Shown: positions 9,540-18,895 of the stretch, piece by piece
Layout of the letters: each line of letters begins with the position of its first letter
How positions within the stretch are numbered: the first letter of the stretch is position 1
Source: a virus
Direction: 5' to 3' (one strand)
Length of the DNA stretch: 64,000 bases
IMG/VR virus record: IMGVR_UViG_3300042375_000684
Translations under genes and position numbers: made by a program
The notes under the pieces: model-generated
The model's input: the letters and a program-made list of their open reading frames with translations, nothing else
Databases searched by the model: none
Told to the model about the DNA's origin: nothing

Positions 9540-11665
9540 AAACTTTCAGTAGAATCTTATCAGAGGTTGCTCAACCAAACTCAGAAGATGAACTAAACTT
9601 TAAACAAAAACACATAATAGATCCTATTGACCACACTGTTGCACCAGAGAGCACATTTTCTGGTGCAGTAGATAAAGATGATATTGATGGTATGAAAAGA
9701 TACCGCAAGAATAAGCGCCTTGCTGATTATCAAAGACCAGATGATGAAGATGTTTATGAAGCTGTTACTCTCAAAAGAGATCTTTCAGGTCAAGAAGATT
9801 CTGATGTAGATAATGATGATGATAGTGATATGACAGATGCTCAATACAAATATCGTAAACACGCGCAAATTAAAATGCACAAAATTGATGAAACTGTATA
9901 TGTCATTCCAGAAGAAATTCTTGCAACTGAAAAGAATGCTTTCCATACCGCGGCCGCTAATGCTCATGCTACAGGTAAAAAACACTTTGCATTTGCCGGA
10001 AAGAAATACCCAGTCACAATGTCAAAAGATGCTGCTAAGACATTTGCTGGCAAGGGTGATATGTCCGAAGCAATGGATCCAGTTGGCAAAGAAGATGATG
10101 ACATCAATAATGATGATAAAGTAAATAAGAGTGACAAGTATCTTCATGCTCGCCGCAAAGCAATTTCCGCATCTATTCGTACCAAAATCAAAGAAGGTTT
10201 TGGTGCTGTAGCTGCTGCTGGCGGTGACTATGATGAAGAACCATCACACCAACGCTACAAGAAGTCAAATTCCACAAAGAAAGAAGATGCGGCGCTTGGC
10301 GGCGGCAAAGGTTCTAAGATCTATGCTGGTAAAACCAGAGAGTCACAGATTGATGAAGTACAAATCAAAAAACCAACCAAATCCGAACGTGAAATTGCTT
10401 ATGCAGATGGTTCATCAAATTCTTCTGCAAACATGAAAGTTAATAGATTGGCCTATGCTTTGGATAAAGAACCAAAGAAAAAAGTAAGTCTCCCAAAAAC
10501 TCCTTGGAATGAGGAACTTGAAGAAGCGATGTCTTTAGATAAAGTCAATAAGGTTCATGCTGAAAGCGGTGCCGAAGGTTTTGCTAAAGACTATGTCAAA
10601 GGTAACAAAGGTGATTACATTTCTGGTGGTCCTACTGAAAAGCATGAAAAAGATTCAGAAAAGTTCCATACAACATATAAGCGTGTAGGTGGAAAATCAG
10701 GTTTCGGTGGTTCAGGACATGACATTTATCAACACAATACAACTGGTGAGAAGTTCCGTATTGACCGCACTCCAAATGGTAAAGGTTTCCATGGTACCGA
10801 TCATGCAGTTTCAAAAATCAATGAAGAAGTTGAACTTGATGAAGTATCAAAGAAGACTCTTGGTTCATATATTAAGAAAGCATCTCACGATGTTGCTACT
10901 AACTCTGCAGCAACCGCCCGTTATTCTGAAAGAGCTAATAAGGCGCTTGATAAAATGAAAACAGGTGATTATTCTGGTGATGGACAAAGAAGAAAAGATA
11001 CTGCAGTTGCTGATAAAGCTTTTAACAAATCATGGAAGCGCCGTCAAGGTATTGCTATGGCAGCTGATAAACTTACAAAAGAAGAAGTAGAACTTGATGA
11101 ACTCAAGAAATCAACTCTTGCTTCTTATGTGACTAAGGCAGCATATGATACAGCCGCACATGCTGCTAGATTTGGTGCAGACCAAAAAACTAAAAAAGGT
11201 GGCTCTTCGTTTGTAAAAGCGCATCAAAGACTTTCTGGCATTAAAAAAGCAAGTGATAAACTCGCTAAGGAAGAAGTTGAGCTAGATGAAGTTTCAAAGG
11301 CTTTGCTTGGAAGATACATCAAAAAAGCAAAAACTGATGTTGCTGGTAAGGCATATCAACTAGGCGCTAAAGATCCACTTAAGCCACAAGCAAGCTGGTC
11401 AAAGACTTTGGGCAGAGAAAAGCGTATTGATAAAGCAGTCGACAGACTTACTAAAGAAGAAGTTGAGCTTGATGAAGCATTCAACGCAGGTTTGCTCAAA
11501 CTGAATGATGGTTCATCTATTTCAGTAAATTCGCAGGATGCAAAACTTCTTAATCAACTCATCAATGGTCTCCGCCAAGAAAATGCAAAGAAAATGATGA
11601 AAGTTGCAATGACTGATAAAGACGGCTTTAAAGAAATTTTAGGTTTTGCAAGAGAGGCACTCTAA
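9536..11665 (+). CDS. Large repeat-containing prohead core/internal protein
   Basis: Lies between gp20 and gp21 (T4 gp67/68 position); repeated EEVELDE junctions and K-TL-SY-KKA modules; highly charged. Confidence 0.7.
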   Translation: MKTFSRILSEVAQPNSEDELNFKQKHIIDPIDHTVAPESTFSGAVDKDDIDGMKRYRKNKRLADYQRPDDEDVYEAVTLKRDLSGQEDSDVDNDDDSDMTDAQYKYRKHAQIKMHKIDETVYVIPEEILATEKNAFHTAAANAHATGKKHFAFAGKKYPVTMSKDAAKTFAGKGDMSEAMDPVGKEDDDINNDDKVNKSDKYLHARRKAISASIRTKIKEGFGAVAAAGGDYDEEPSHQRYKKSNSTKKEDAALGGGKGSKIYAGKTRESQIDEVQIKKPTKSEREIAYADGSSNSSANMKVNRLAYALDKEPKKKVSLPKTPWNEELEEAMSLDKVNKVHAESGAEGFAKDYVKGNKGDYISGGPTEKHEKDSEKFHTTYKRVGGKSGFGGSGHDIYQHNTTGEKFRIDRTPNGKGFHGTDHAVSKINEEVELDEVSKKTLGSYIKKASHDVATNSAATARYSERANKALDKMKTGDYSGDGQRRKDTAVADKAFNKSWKRRQGIAMAADKLTKEEVELDELKKSTLASYVTKAAYDTAAHAARFGADQKTKKGGSSFVKAHQRLSGIKKASDKLAKEEVELDEVSKALLGRYIKKAKTDVAGKAYQLGAKDPLKPQASWSKTLGREKRIDKAVDRLTKEEVELDEAFNAGLLKLNDGSSISVNSQDAKLLNQLINGLRQENAKKMMKVAMTDKDGFKEILGFAREAL
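10820..11476 (+). repeat. Four EEVELDE junction repeats bounding three ~60-85-aa basic modules
   Basis: gaagaagt(t/a)ga(a/g)ct(t/a)gatgaa at about 10823, 11080, 11270 and 11456. Confidence 0.85.
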
Positions 11666-11666
11666 T

Positions 11667-11924
11667 ATGGTAGATATAGTTCTTAAACTAACGGGAGAAG
11701 AAGTTTCAGTTTCATCGACACCAGATACAGTTAACGATGCAGTTCTTTTCAGAGTATATACTCCAACTGGTGGAGATTCATTTGTAATAGTAAGAGACTC
11801 TGCTAATAATGTAATAGGGTCAATGTCTCAACCTGCCGGTTTTGTAGAAATAATGGAAAAGCGAGCGACCGATACAGTTGAAGCAAATACTGCTATTAAA
11901 TGTACCCCGGTTGCTTACAAATGA
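11667..11924 (+). CDS. Small hypothetical protein upstream of gp21
   Basis: ATG one base after the previous stop; fills the gap before the late promoter. Confidence 0.7.
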   Translation: MVDIVLKLTGEEVSVSSTPDTVNDAVLFRVYTPTGGDSFVIVRDSANNVIGSMSQPAGFVEIMEKRATDTVEANTAIKCTPVAYK

Positions 11925-11940
11925 TTCAGGTTCATAATCT

Positions 11941-11948
11941 TATAAATA
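11941..11948 (+). promoter_or_regulatory. Late promoter TATAAATA for gp21
   Basis: Exact consensus in the intergenic region. Confidence 0.8.
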
Positions 11949-11970
11949 AAAATAAAAAAGGAAACAAGTT

Positions 11971-12645
11971 ATGAAACTAATAACAGAAGTATATGATGAC
12001 GATTGCATGGTGATTACTGAAGCTTCAGAAGATGGCAAAAAAGGCTATTTTATAGAAGGTATCTTCATGCAGGGAGATATTCAAAATCGTAATGGTAGAA
12101 TTTATCCTTCTACAATACTTGAAAATGAAATGAATCGCTATAATGATCAATATATCAAAACAAAGAGAGCATTAGGTGAACTTGGTCATCCAAATGGTCC
12201 ACAAATTAATGGTGATAGAGTTTCTCACCTAATCACTGAAATGAAAAGAGATGGGTCAAATTTCATTGGTAAGGCAAAGATCCTTTCAACACCAATGGGT
12301 CAAATTGTAAAGACTTTCATTGATGAGGGTGTTAAAGTTGGAGTATCTACTAGAGGTCTTGGTTCTGTAAAGGCAACAAAGCAAGGCATAATGGAAGTAC
12401 AAGATGATTTTCACCTTGCAACTGTTGATATTGTTACAGACCCTTCAGGTCCTAATTGCTTTGTAAAAGGTATCATGGAAAATACTGAATATTACTATGA
12501 TATAGCATCAGGTAATTGGAGAGTAATGGAACAATTAGAAGAAACAGTTAAGGAACTTAAGAAAGAAGTTGCCACTCGTAATCCCATTAGTGAATCAAAA
12601 GCTCTTAGAATATTTGAAAACTTTATAGGTTCTTTAAAAGGATAA
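11971..12645 (+). CDS. gp21: Prohead protease gp21
   Basis: IEGIFMQGDIQNRNGRIYP, LGELGHP, GVSTRGLGS, DIVTDPS. Confidence 0.97.
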   Translation: MKLITEVYDDDCMVITEASEDGKKGYFIEGIFMQGDIQNRNGRIYPSTILENEMNRYNDQYIKTKRALGELGHPNGPQINGDRVSHLITEMKRDGSNFIGKAKILSTPMGQIVKTFIDEGVKVGVSTRGLGSVKATKQGIMEVQDDFHLATVDIVTDPSGPNCFVKGIMENTEYYYDIASGNWRVMEQLEETVKELKKEVATRNPISESKALRIFENFIGSLKG

Positions 12646-12660
12646 ATAAATTTACTTTTT

Positions 12661-12668
12661 TATAAATA
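12661..12668 (+). promoter_or_regulatory. Late promoter TATAAATA for gp22
   Basis: Exact consensus in the intergenic region. Confidence 0.8.
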
Positions 12669-12708
12669 AACTATGAGATTAAATTAAATCCATAAGAAGG
12701 AGAACAAA

Positions 12709-13662
12709 ATGTCAGAACACAATTTACAAGAGTTTAAGGCGGATCACAGCGGTGGTGATGTTGTCAAAGGTGCAGAAGTTCCTGATCCAGTAACACCAGC
12801 GGGTGGTGCTATCAAACCTAAGTTGGCAGATGTTAAAAAGAAAGTTGATCCAACTGCTGATAAACTTGGTGCTGCTTCAGGCGTTACACCTGAAGTGAAA
12901 GAAGACGTAGATGCTTCAGAATCATTTGATTCATTATTTGAAGGTCTTGATCTTTCTGAAGACTTTAAAGGTAAACTTTCACTAGTATTTGAAGCTGCTG
13001 TCAATGAAGCTTCCACTGCAAAAGCCAATGAAATTGCTGCTTCACTAGAAGAAGAATTTGCTGTACAGTTAGAAGAATCTGTTAACGAAGCAATGGAAGA
13101 GATTGTTGAAAATCTTGACAATTATCTTGACTATATTGTTTCTGAATGGATGGAAGAAAATACCGTTGCAATCGAATCTGGTATTAAGGTCCAAATGGCA
13201 GAATCATTCATGGATGGCCTTAAAGAACTATTTTACGAGCACAATGTAGAAATTGATGAATCAACAATTGATATTGTTGCTGATTTAGAAGAAGAAATTG
13301 CTTCACTTAAAGAAGAAGTTAATAAAACAATCAATGCAAACATCGAACTTTCTGAAGCAGTTGAAATGCTACAGGCAGAAAAAATCTTCGAAGAACTTTC
13401 TGAAGGTCTAACAACTTCACAAAAAGAACGCTTCCGTATTCTTTCTGAAAAGTTAGATGTAGATAATCTTGATTCTTATTCATCAGATCTTTCTACTCTT
13501 AAAGAGTCATTCTTTAAATCAAAGTCACCAGTAATCACTGAGTCTGCTGTTGATGATGAAGAAAATGAAATTATGCTTGAAGAAACCGCCCCAAAGAAAG
13601 TTTCTGCATATGACTCTGTAAATGCAATTGTTAATGCTCTAAATTCAAAACAGTTTAAGTGA
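12709..13662 (+). CDS. gp22: Prohead scaffold protein gp22
   Basis: Acidic helical protein with VFEAAV, YLDYIVSEWMEEN, AESFMDGLKELF. Confidence 0.93.
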   Translation: MSEHNLQEFKADHSGGDVVKGAEVPDPVTPAGGAIKPKLADVKKKVDPTADKLGAASGVTPEVKEDVDASESFDSLFEGLDLSEDFKGKLSLVFEAAVNEASTAKANEIAASLEEEFAVQLEESVNEAMEEIVENLDNYLDYIVSEWMEENTVAIESGIKVQMAESFMDGLKELFYEHNVEIDESTIDIVADLEEEIASLKEEVNKTINANIELSEAVEMLQAEKIFEELSEGLTTSQKERFRILSEKLDVDNLDSYSSDLSTLKESFFKSKSPVITESAVDDEENEIMLEETAPKKVSAYDSVNAIVNALNSKQFK

Positions 13663-13674
13663 AAATAATAAAAT

Positions 13675-13682
13675 TATAAATA
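13675..13682 (+). promoter_or_regulatory. Late promoter TATAAATA for gp23
   Basis: Exact consensus 36 nt upstream of the start. Confidence 0.8.
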
Positions 13683-13717
13683 AATCTATAAGATAACAAC
13701 AATAAGGAGAGACAAAA

Positions 13718-15058
13718 ATGAGTCTATCAAATCGCGATTTAGTTGCAAAGTGGGGCCCAATTCTTGAGCACGCAAACTTCGCACCTATCCAAGATGCCCA
13801 AAGAAGATCAACTACTGCAACTATCCTCGAGAATACCGAACGCTCTATGCGTGAAGATAGAACATCTGTTTCTATGTCTTCACTTCTAATGGAAACACCA
13901 ACAATGAATGCTGGTGGTTACGGTTCAACAGGTTTCAGCTCAGGCGCTGATGCCGGTGGTCCTGTAGCTGGTTATGACCCAGTTCTTATCAGCCTTGTTC
14001 GCCGTTCCATGCCAAACCTTATCGCATACGATATTGCTGGTGTTCAGCCAATGACTGGTCCAACCGGACTTATCTTCGCTATGCGCTCTAAGTATGGCAC
14101 TGCAAACAGCAACAACGAAGCTTTCTATAATGAAGCTGATACCGATTATTCAGGTGCTGGTACACATACTACAGACGGCACTGGTTCAGGTTCAACAAAT
14201 ACCGTTGGTTCACCTGCAAGTGCAAATACTGGTACTGCAATGTCAACCACAACCGCTGAAGCACTTGGTACAACCGGTGGTCAGTTTGCTGAAATGGCTT
14301 TCTCAATTGAAAAAGTTGCTGTAGAAGCTAAGAGCCGTGCGCTTAAAGCAGAATACACCACTGAACTTGCACAAGACTTGAAAGCAGTTCATGGTCTAGA
14401 CGCTGAAACAGAACTTGCAAACATCCTTTCTTCTGAAATCCTTGTTGAAATCAACAGAGAAGTTGTTCGCACAATCTATAACTCAGCAGTTTCAGGTGCT
14501 GCAAACACTTCAGCTGTCGGTGTATTCGACCTTGACGTAGATGCTAACGGCCGTTGGTCAGTTGAAAAGTTCAAGGGACTTATGTTCCAGATCGAACGTG
14601 AAGCTAACCAGATCGCAAAAGACACCAGACGTGGTAAGGGTAACATTGTTATCTGTTCCTCAGACGTTGCTTCTGCTCTTCAGATGGCAGGTGTTCTTGA
14701 TTATACACCAGCACTTAACTCAAATGCACTCAATGTTGACGACACCGGCAACACCTTCGCAGGTGTTCTAAATGGTCGCTTCCGCGTTTACATTGACCCA
14801 TATGCTGCTAATAACTACCTAGTTGTTGGTTATAAAGGTTCCTCATCCTTCGACGCAGGTATCTTCTATTGCCCATACGTTCCACTACAGATGGTTCGCG
14901 CTATCGGTGAGGACAGCTTCCAGCCAAAAATCGGCTTCAAAACCCGTTACGGTATGGTTGCTAACCCATTCGCTCAAGGTTCTAGCCAGGGTCTTGGCGC
15001 TCTTACCGCAAATACCAACAAGTACTACAGAAGAGTTCTTGTTCGCAACCTTCTCTAA
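13718..15058 (+). CDS. gp23: Major capsid protein gp23
   Basis: LVRRSMPNLIAYDIAGVQPMTGPTGLIFAMR, SRALKAEYT, FQPKIGFKTRYG. Confidence 0.98.
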   Translation: MSLSNRDLVAKWGPILEHANFAPIQDAQRRSTTATILENTERSMREDRTSVSMSSLLMETPTMNAGGYGSTGFSSGADAGGPVAGYDPVLISLVRRSMPNLIAYDIAGVQPMTGPTGLIFAMRSKYGTANSNNEAFYNEADTDYSGAGTHTTDGTGSGSTNTVGSPASANTGTAMSTTTAEALGTTGGQFAEMAFSIEKVAVEAKSRALKAEYTTELAQDLKAVHGLDAETELANILSSEILVEINREVVRTIYNSAVSGAANTSAVGVFDLDVDANGRWSVEKFKGLMFQIEREANQIAKDTRRGKGNIVICSSDVASALQMAGVLDYTPALNSNALNVDDTGNTFAGVLNGRFRVYIDPYAANNYLVVGYKGSSSFDAGIFYCPYVPLQMVRAIGEDSFQPKIGFKTRYGMVANPFAQGSSQGLGALTANTNKYYRRVLVRNLL

Positions 15059-15069
15059 TAAAAATAAAA

Positions 15070-15129
15070 GGTCCCGGAAACAACCGGGACCATCCAATAA
15101 CTTGGCGGATCTTCGGATCCGCCTTTTTT
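15070..15129. terminator. Tandem bidirectional terminators at the strand switch
   Basis: GGTCCCGG-aaacaa-CCGGGACC (15070-15091, A-rich 5' flank) and GGCGGATC-TTCG-GATCCGCC-T6 (15104-15129). Confidence 0.9.
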
Positions 15130-15130
15130 A

Positions 15131-15733
15131 TTATGAAATCAATTCTGCGTTCCAGTGTGAATGATTATGACTAACGGACTTAAAAAATCTGTATGAAGCA
15201 CCGGAAATTGAAATCCCATAATCTTCTGCTACATCTGCAATAGACTTATATTCGGTAGATCCGATAAAATATGCATATCGCTTGCCATTTTTAGTATTGA
15301 TATCTTGTTTCAACAGATCAATTCCACAGTCTTTATATGCCTTGCGCCAGTGAATACCAGGATTCTTTTTGTTATATTGTTTGAGAAGATTATTTTGTTT
15401 TGCCGTGACTTTATGAACTCTTGAACGACTTTTCAGGAATAAGATAAGAGCTTTTTCACTCCTTTTGGGGTTGGTTTTAATTTCATGGACCAACCTTTTT
15501 GCACTTTCAGTTCTTCCATAGAAGTGTTCTTTTGTTCTTTTATCATATGGTAGTTCAAGTGCTTCTTCTGAAATTAAACCAGTATATACTGAAGGCAGAG
15601 AAAAAATAGCATTGCGGATCATTATGATCATGTATTTTTCATCGGTTTTATTTTTTGTTTTCTTTGCAAGAAGTTTTGCAAGTTTCACAACAGAATGGAA
15701 CTCTTGATCTTTTTTGTCGTTTGATTTGGTCAT
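15131..15733 (-). CDS. Hypothetical protein; possible His-Me/HNH-like region plus C-terminal NUMOD-like HTH
   Basis: TKEH...VTAKQNNLLK and EYKSIADVAEDYGIS motifs; has its own promoter (15756-15784). Confidence 0.4.
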   Translation of the reverse strand: MTKSNDKKDQEFHSVVKLAKLLAKKTKNKTDEKYMIIMIRNAIFSLPSVYTGLISEEALELPYDKRTKEHFYGRTESAKRLVHEIKTNPKRSEKALILFLKSRSRVHKVTAKQNNLLKQYNKKNPGIHWRKAYKDCGIDLLKQDINTKNGKRYAYFIGSTEYKSIADVAEDYGISISGASYRFFKSVSHNHSHWNAELIS

Positions 15734-15755
15734 GGTAATTCTCCTCTATAGAATC

Positions 15756-15784
15756 AATATAAACCAACTGTATTCATTTGTAAA
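15756..15784 (-). promoter_or_regulatory. Sigma70-type early promoter (divergent copy of the cassette family)
   Basis: TTTACA-17-TATATT followed by GATTCTATAG. Confidence 0.6.
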
Positions 15785-15795
15785 CAAAAGATTTG

Positions 15796-16323
15796 TCAAG
15801 TTGAAAGTAATGTCATGGTCATGTATCTTGAAAACTCTTCATAACCATGATAGAAATTAAAGATGGGTATGTTACGATCTTTGGCAATCCGAAGAGCTTG
15901 TCCAGTTCCACCCCTAGCTTTACCATCACGTGTCCAGCATAGAACGAATTCCACGGGTGTTTTCAAATCTTTTCCAAGTACCTGATATGAGTTTCTAGAC
16001 ATAAATTTCCACCCCTCATCTGACAAAGCGCTTGGTTTTGGATGGTATTTTTCAACAAGATCGGCATTAAATGATGGTACTATATAACTACCTTCACCAT
16101 GTAGTTTAGTCAGTGTGTCAATATATCTTTTGTTAAATCCATCCCAAGGAAGAAAGATTTGTCTGTTAATAACTGCGCCTCTTTCGAATGCAGTATCAGC
16201 GCCATCAGCACCACCAGAGTTACAGGTATAGCCAAGAGACGCTAATCTCTTGGCTATTGCAGTCATATACAGGCATATATCTTTGGGTGTTTCCCTAGAA
16301 CCTATCCCTGCATAGTATTTCAT
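15796..16323 (-). CDS. SLOG-superfamily (DprA/YspA-like) protein
   Basis: YAGIGSRETP, SGGADGADTAFE, GGTGQA motifs. Confidence 0.8.
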   Translation of the reverse strand: MKYYAGIGSRETPKDICLYMTAIAKRLASLGYTCNSGGADGADTAFERGAVINRQIFLPWDGFNKRYIDTLTKLHGEGSYIVPSFNADLVEKYHPKPSALSDEGWKFMSRNSYQVLGKDLKTPVEFVLCWTRDGKARGGTGQALRIAKDRNIPIFNFYHGYEEFSRYMTMTLLST

Positions 16324-16574
16324 TGCATCCCTAGCGCAGACTTGTACATTTCTAGAACGGCTTCTTCTTCGGCGATAGAATCTGCATCACGCTTTCGAAG
16401 AGCAATCAGCTTTTTCATTACTTTCGTATCATAGCCCCGACCTTTGGCCTCCTGCATTAGTTCTTTCTTTTGATTTTTAATTTCTTTTTCTTCTGAGTCA
16501 AATTGCTCGTGGCGCTCAATAAACTGGCGAAGTTCATCTGCTGTTACATTATATGCACTGTTAGTGTCGTTCAT
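16320..16574 (-). CDS. gapR: GapR-like nucleoid-associated protein (DUF2312/UPF0335)
   Basis: ELRQFIER...EAKGRGYDTKVMKKLIALRKRD...LEMYKSALGM; start set at 16574. Confidence 0.9.
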   Translation of the reverse strand: MNDTNSAYNVTADELRQFIERHEQFDSEEKEIKNQKKELMQEAKGRGYDTKVMKKLIALRKRDADSIAEEEAVLEMYKSALGMQ

Positions 16575-16584
16575 GTTAGTCTCC

Positions 16585-17748
16585 TTAATTTCCAATTGTA
16601 GATGATTCATAAATTCGATTATGAGTTTCAGTGCAACGGATAAATGTTGCACATTTTGAAAGATATTTCAGTTTTGATGCTCCTGCATATGTGCATGTTG
16701 ACCGGACTCCACCAAGAATATCCTGTATGGTTATATTAACATCACCTTTGTATTTTGTCAATACAGTCCTACCTTCAGATGAACGATAATCTTTCAGTCC
16801 GCCAAAGTGTTTATCATTGGCGGATTTTGAACTCATCCCGTAAAACTTAACAAACTGTTTTTCTTCAATTTTATAATCTTGTATCAAAAACCCTGCATCA
16901 TCTTTTGCATATGAGTTTATCTCATTTGTTTTATAGTATTTGGTAATTACTTCTCCGCCGCCCTGATCATGACCTGCAAGCATCCCACCGAGCATTACAA
17001 AATCTGCACCAGCAGCAAATGCTTTGGCTACATCCCCAGGTGTAGAACACCCACCATCAGCGATAATGTGACCGCCGAGACCATGAGCAGCATCAGCACA
17101 CTCGATGACTGCGGATAGTTGCGGAAAACCCACGCCGGTCTGGATACGAGTCGTACAAACCGACCCAGGGCCAATCCCAACTTTAATGATGTCTGCTCCA
17201 GCAAGAATAAGTTCCTCCGTCATTTCTCCAGTAACAACATTACCAGCGATGATTACAAGTTCGGGATATCTTTCACGAATGTTACGAACATGTGTTACAA
17301 ATGTTTCTGTATAACCATTTGCAACATCAATACATAGATACTTCAGTCTTTCACTTAGTGAAAGATATACTTTGCAAAATTTATCATAATCTGAATTACT
17401 GATACCGATACTCATTGCAACATGATCAGTACGGTAGCGATCACCTGTGTCATAGTTAAAGTAGGTAATCAGCTCCTCTACGGGATATGTCTTGACCAAA
17501 CAGGTGAATAGCCCCTGACGTGCCAGCGTATCAGCCATCTCAAAAGTTCCAACACCATCCATATTGGCAGCCATAATAGGAACACCACGGTAATGCCAAT
17601 CTTCAAAACTATCAGAAAAATTGGGTTTATAATTACGGAATGTAAATTTGCGTTCTAAATCTACTTCTGCTCGACTACCAAGAGTACTTCGCTTTGGCCG
17701 AATAAGTACTGAATTATAATCCAATTTAATTTCATTATCAATTCTCAT
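16585..17748 (-). CDS. guaC: GMP reductase
   Basis: [44 protein letters not shown]. Confidence 0.93.
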   Translation of the reverse strand: MRIDNEIKLDYNSVLIRPKRSTLGSRAEVDLERKFTFRNYKPNFSDSFEDWHYRGVPIMAANMDGVGTFEMADTLARQGLFTCLVKTYPVEELITYFNYDTGDRYRTDHVAMSIGISNSDYDKFCKVYLSLSERLKYLCIDVANGYTETFVTHVRNIRERYPELVIIAGNVVTGEMTEELILAGADIIKVGIGPGSVCTTRIQTGVGFPQLSAVIECADAAHGLGGHIIADGGCSTPGDVAKAFAAGADFVMLGGMLAGHDQGGGEVITKYYKTNEINSYAKDDAGFLIQDYKIEEKQFVKFYGMSSKSANDKHFGGLKDYRSSEGRTVLTKYKGDVNITIQDILGGVRSTCTYAGASKLKYLSKCATFIRCTETHNRIYESSTIGN

Positions 17749-17914
17749 TATTGTTCGAGAGCTCCTTTAATCTAATTGTGGCAGATATTGCAGCGTCTAA
17801 TTCACCTGGTGTCTCTGACATAAAGACACAATCCCAGAGTTCATTAAATGAAACACCGCTGAAGTATGCATTTCCGATTGCACTACCAATATAATTATAA
17901 TCAGTAATCTTCAC
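17738..17914 (-). CDS. Small hypothetical protein (58 aa, GTG start)
   Basis: Hand-translated; overlaps both neighbouring genes in an operon-like way. Confidence 0.5.
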   Translation of the reverse strand: MKITDYNYIGSAIGNAYFSGVSFNELWDCVFMSETPGELDAAISATIRLKELSNNNEN

Positions 17915-18063
17915 TTTCGTTCCTCTGCAATTCGGATCAATTCGGCGAGTAATAGCAATCCTGCAGTTATATGTGCTGCAATAAAACCAAATGCAAGACC
18001 ACCAAATGCAATCACTCTAAGTGTACTTTTAGTGTAAGATAGATATAATCTATAATCTTTCAT
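17911..18063 (-). CDS. Small membrane protein (50 aa)
   Basis: Hand-translated [50 protein letters not shown]; ATGA overlap. Confidence 0.55.
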   Translation of the reverse strand: MKDYRLYLSYTKSTLRVIAFGGLAFGFIAAHITAGLLLLAELIRIAEERK

Positions 18064-18503
18064 CTGTGTAGCGGAAACCTTTTCAGCAGAACAGTTGCAA
18101 TCTCGTCCTTTTCCTTATTTGGAACAAAGATATATGCACAGGTATCCAGCGGAATGTGATGGACTACTTCACCATCAACAATTGGATATGTAGGATCGTG
18201 CACGACACCAGCCACATAGCCCATAGCATTAAAAATGGAGACTACAGGGATAATATCAGCCATTCTGGCTTCGAGGGCCAGGACGGTTCCGAACCCCTGA
18301 GTGGTTGACTGTTCCCACTCGTTGAACCCGTTCATGGTAGCCGTTTGAATACTTTCATGAACTGATTTGGAATTGTATTCTTGTGCATAACCATTGAAAT
18401 GATAAACAAATGCATTTGCAGCATGTGAACCTTGTGCAATTGCTTTGCCTGAATTAAGAGAGTTCAAGTCATTTCTCATCATGATGTACAGAACTGCTGT
18501 CAT
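18060..18503 (-). CDS. Peptidyl-tRNA hydrolase 2 (PTH2)-like protein
   Basis: LYIMMRNDL...GKAIAQGSHAA motif. Confidence 0.7.
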   Translation of the reverse strand: MTAVLYIMMRNDLNSLNSGKAIAQGSHAANAFVYHFNGYAQEYNSKSVHESIQTATMNGFNEWEQSTTQGFGTVLALEARMADIIPVVSIFNAMGYVAGVVHDPTYPIVDGEVVHHIPLDTCAYIFVPNKEKDEIATVLLKRFPLHR

Positions 18504-18867
18504 TTTTACTTGCTCCCATTAAATTAGTAAGAAGGTGAATTACCGAATGTGTTGCTGCAACCCACGCAAACCCCACAAAACCGATAAGATAGATATGGTA
18601 AGATGATACCATGTAAAGGAGTGAAATTAAAACATTAATTCCGGCTGTATTTGCAACGATTACTTTTGACGCTGGCGGTGTTAATCCAAAACCAGAAAAT
18701 GCAACACTAGCTCCTAGTGTTTGAATTGCAATTACTATACAGATCATTGCCATTACAATATAGAAAGGCCAAATAACTGCAAGTTGTTGAAATGCAAACA
18801 CTGCACATAATTGAATAGTAGCATTCAGATAAAAGAATACCTGTGAGTTTTGTTTTTGTTCTTCCAT
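18469..18867 (-). CDS. Membrane protein
   Basis: Several hydrophobic segments. Confidence 0.65.
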   Translation of the reverse strand: MEEQKQNSQVFFYLNATIQLCAVFAFQQLAVIWPFYIVMAMICIVIAIQTLGASVAFSGFGLTPPASKVIVANTAGINVLISLLYMVSSYHIYLIGFVGFAWVAATHSVIHLLTNLMGASKNDSSSVHHDEK

Positions 18868-18895
18868 TTATTTTCTTTCTGGTAGAGAAGCGGCA

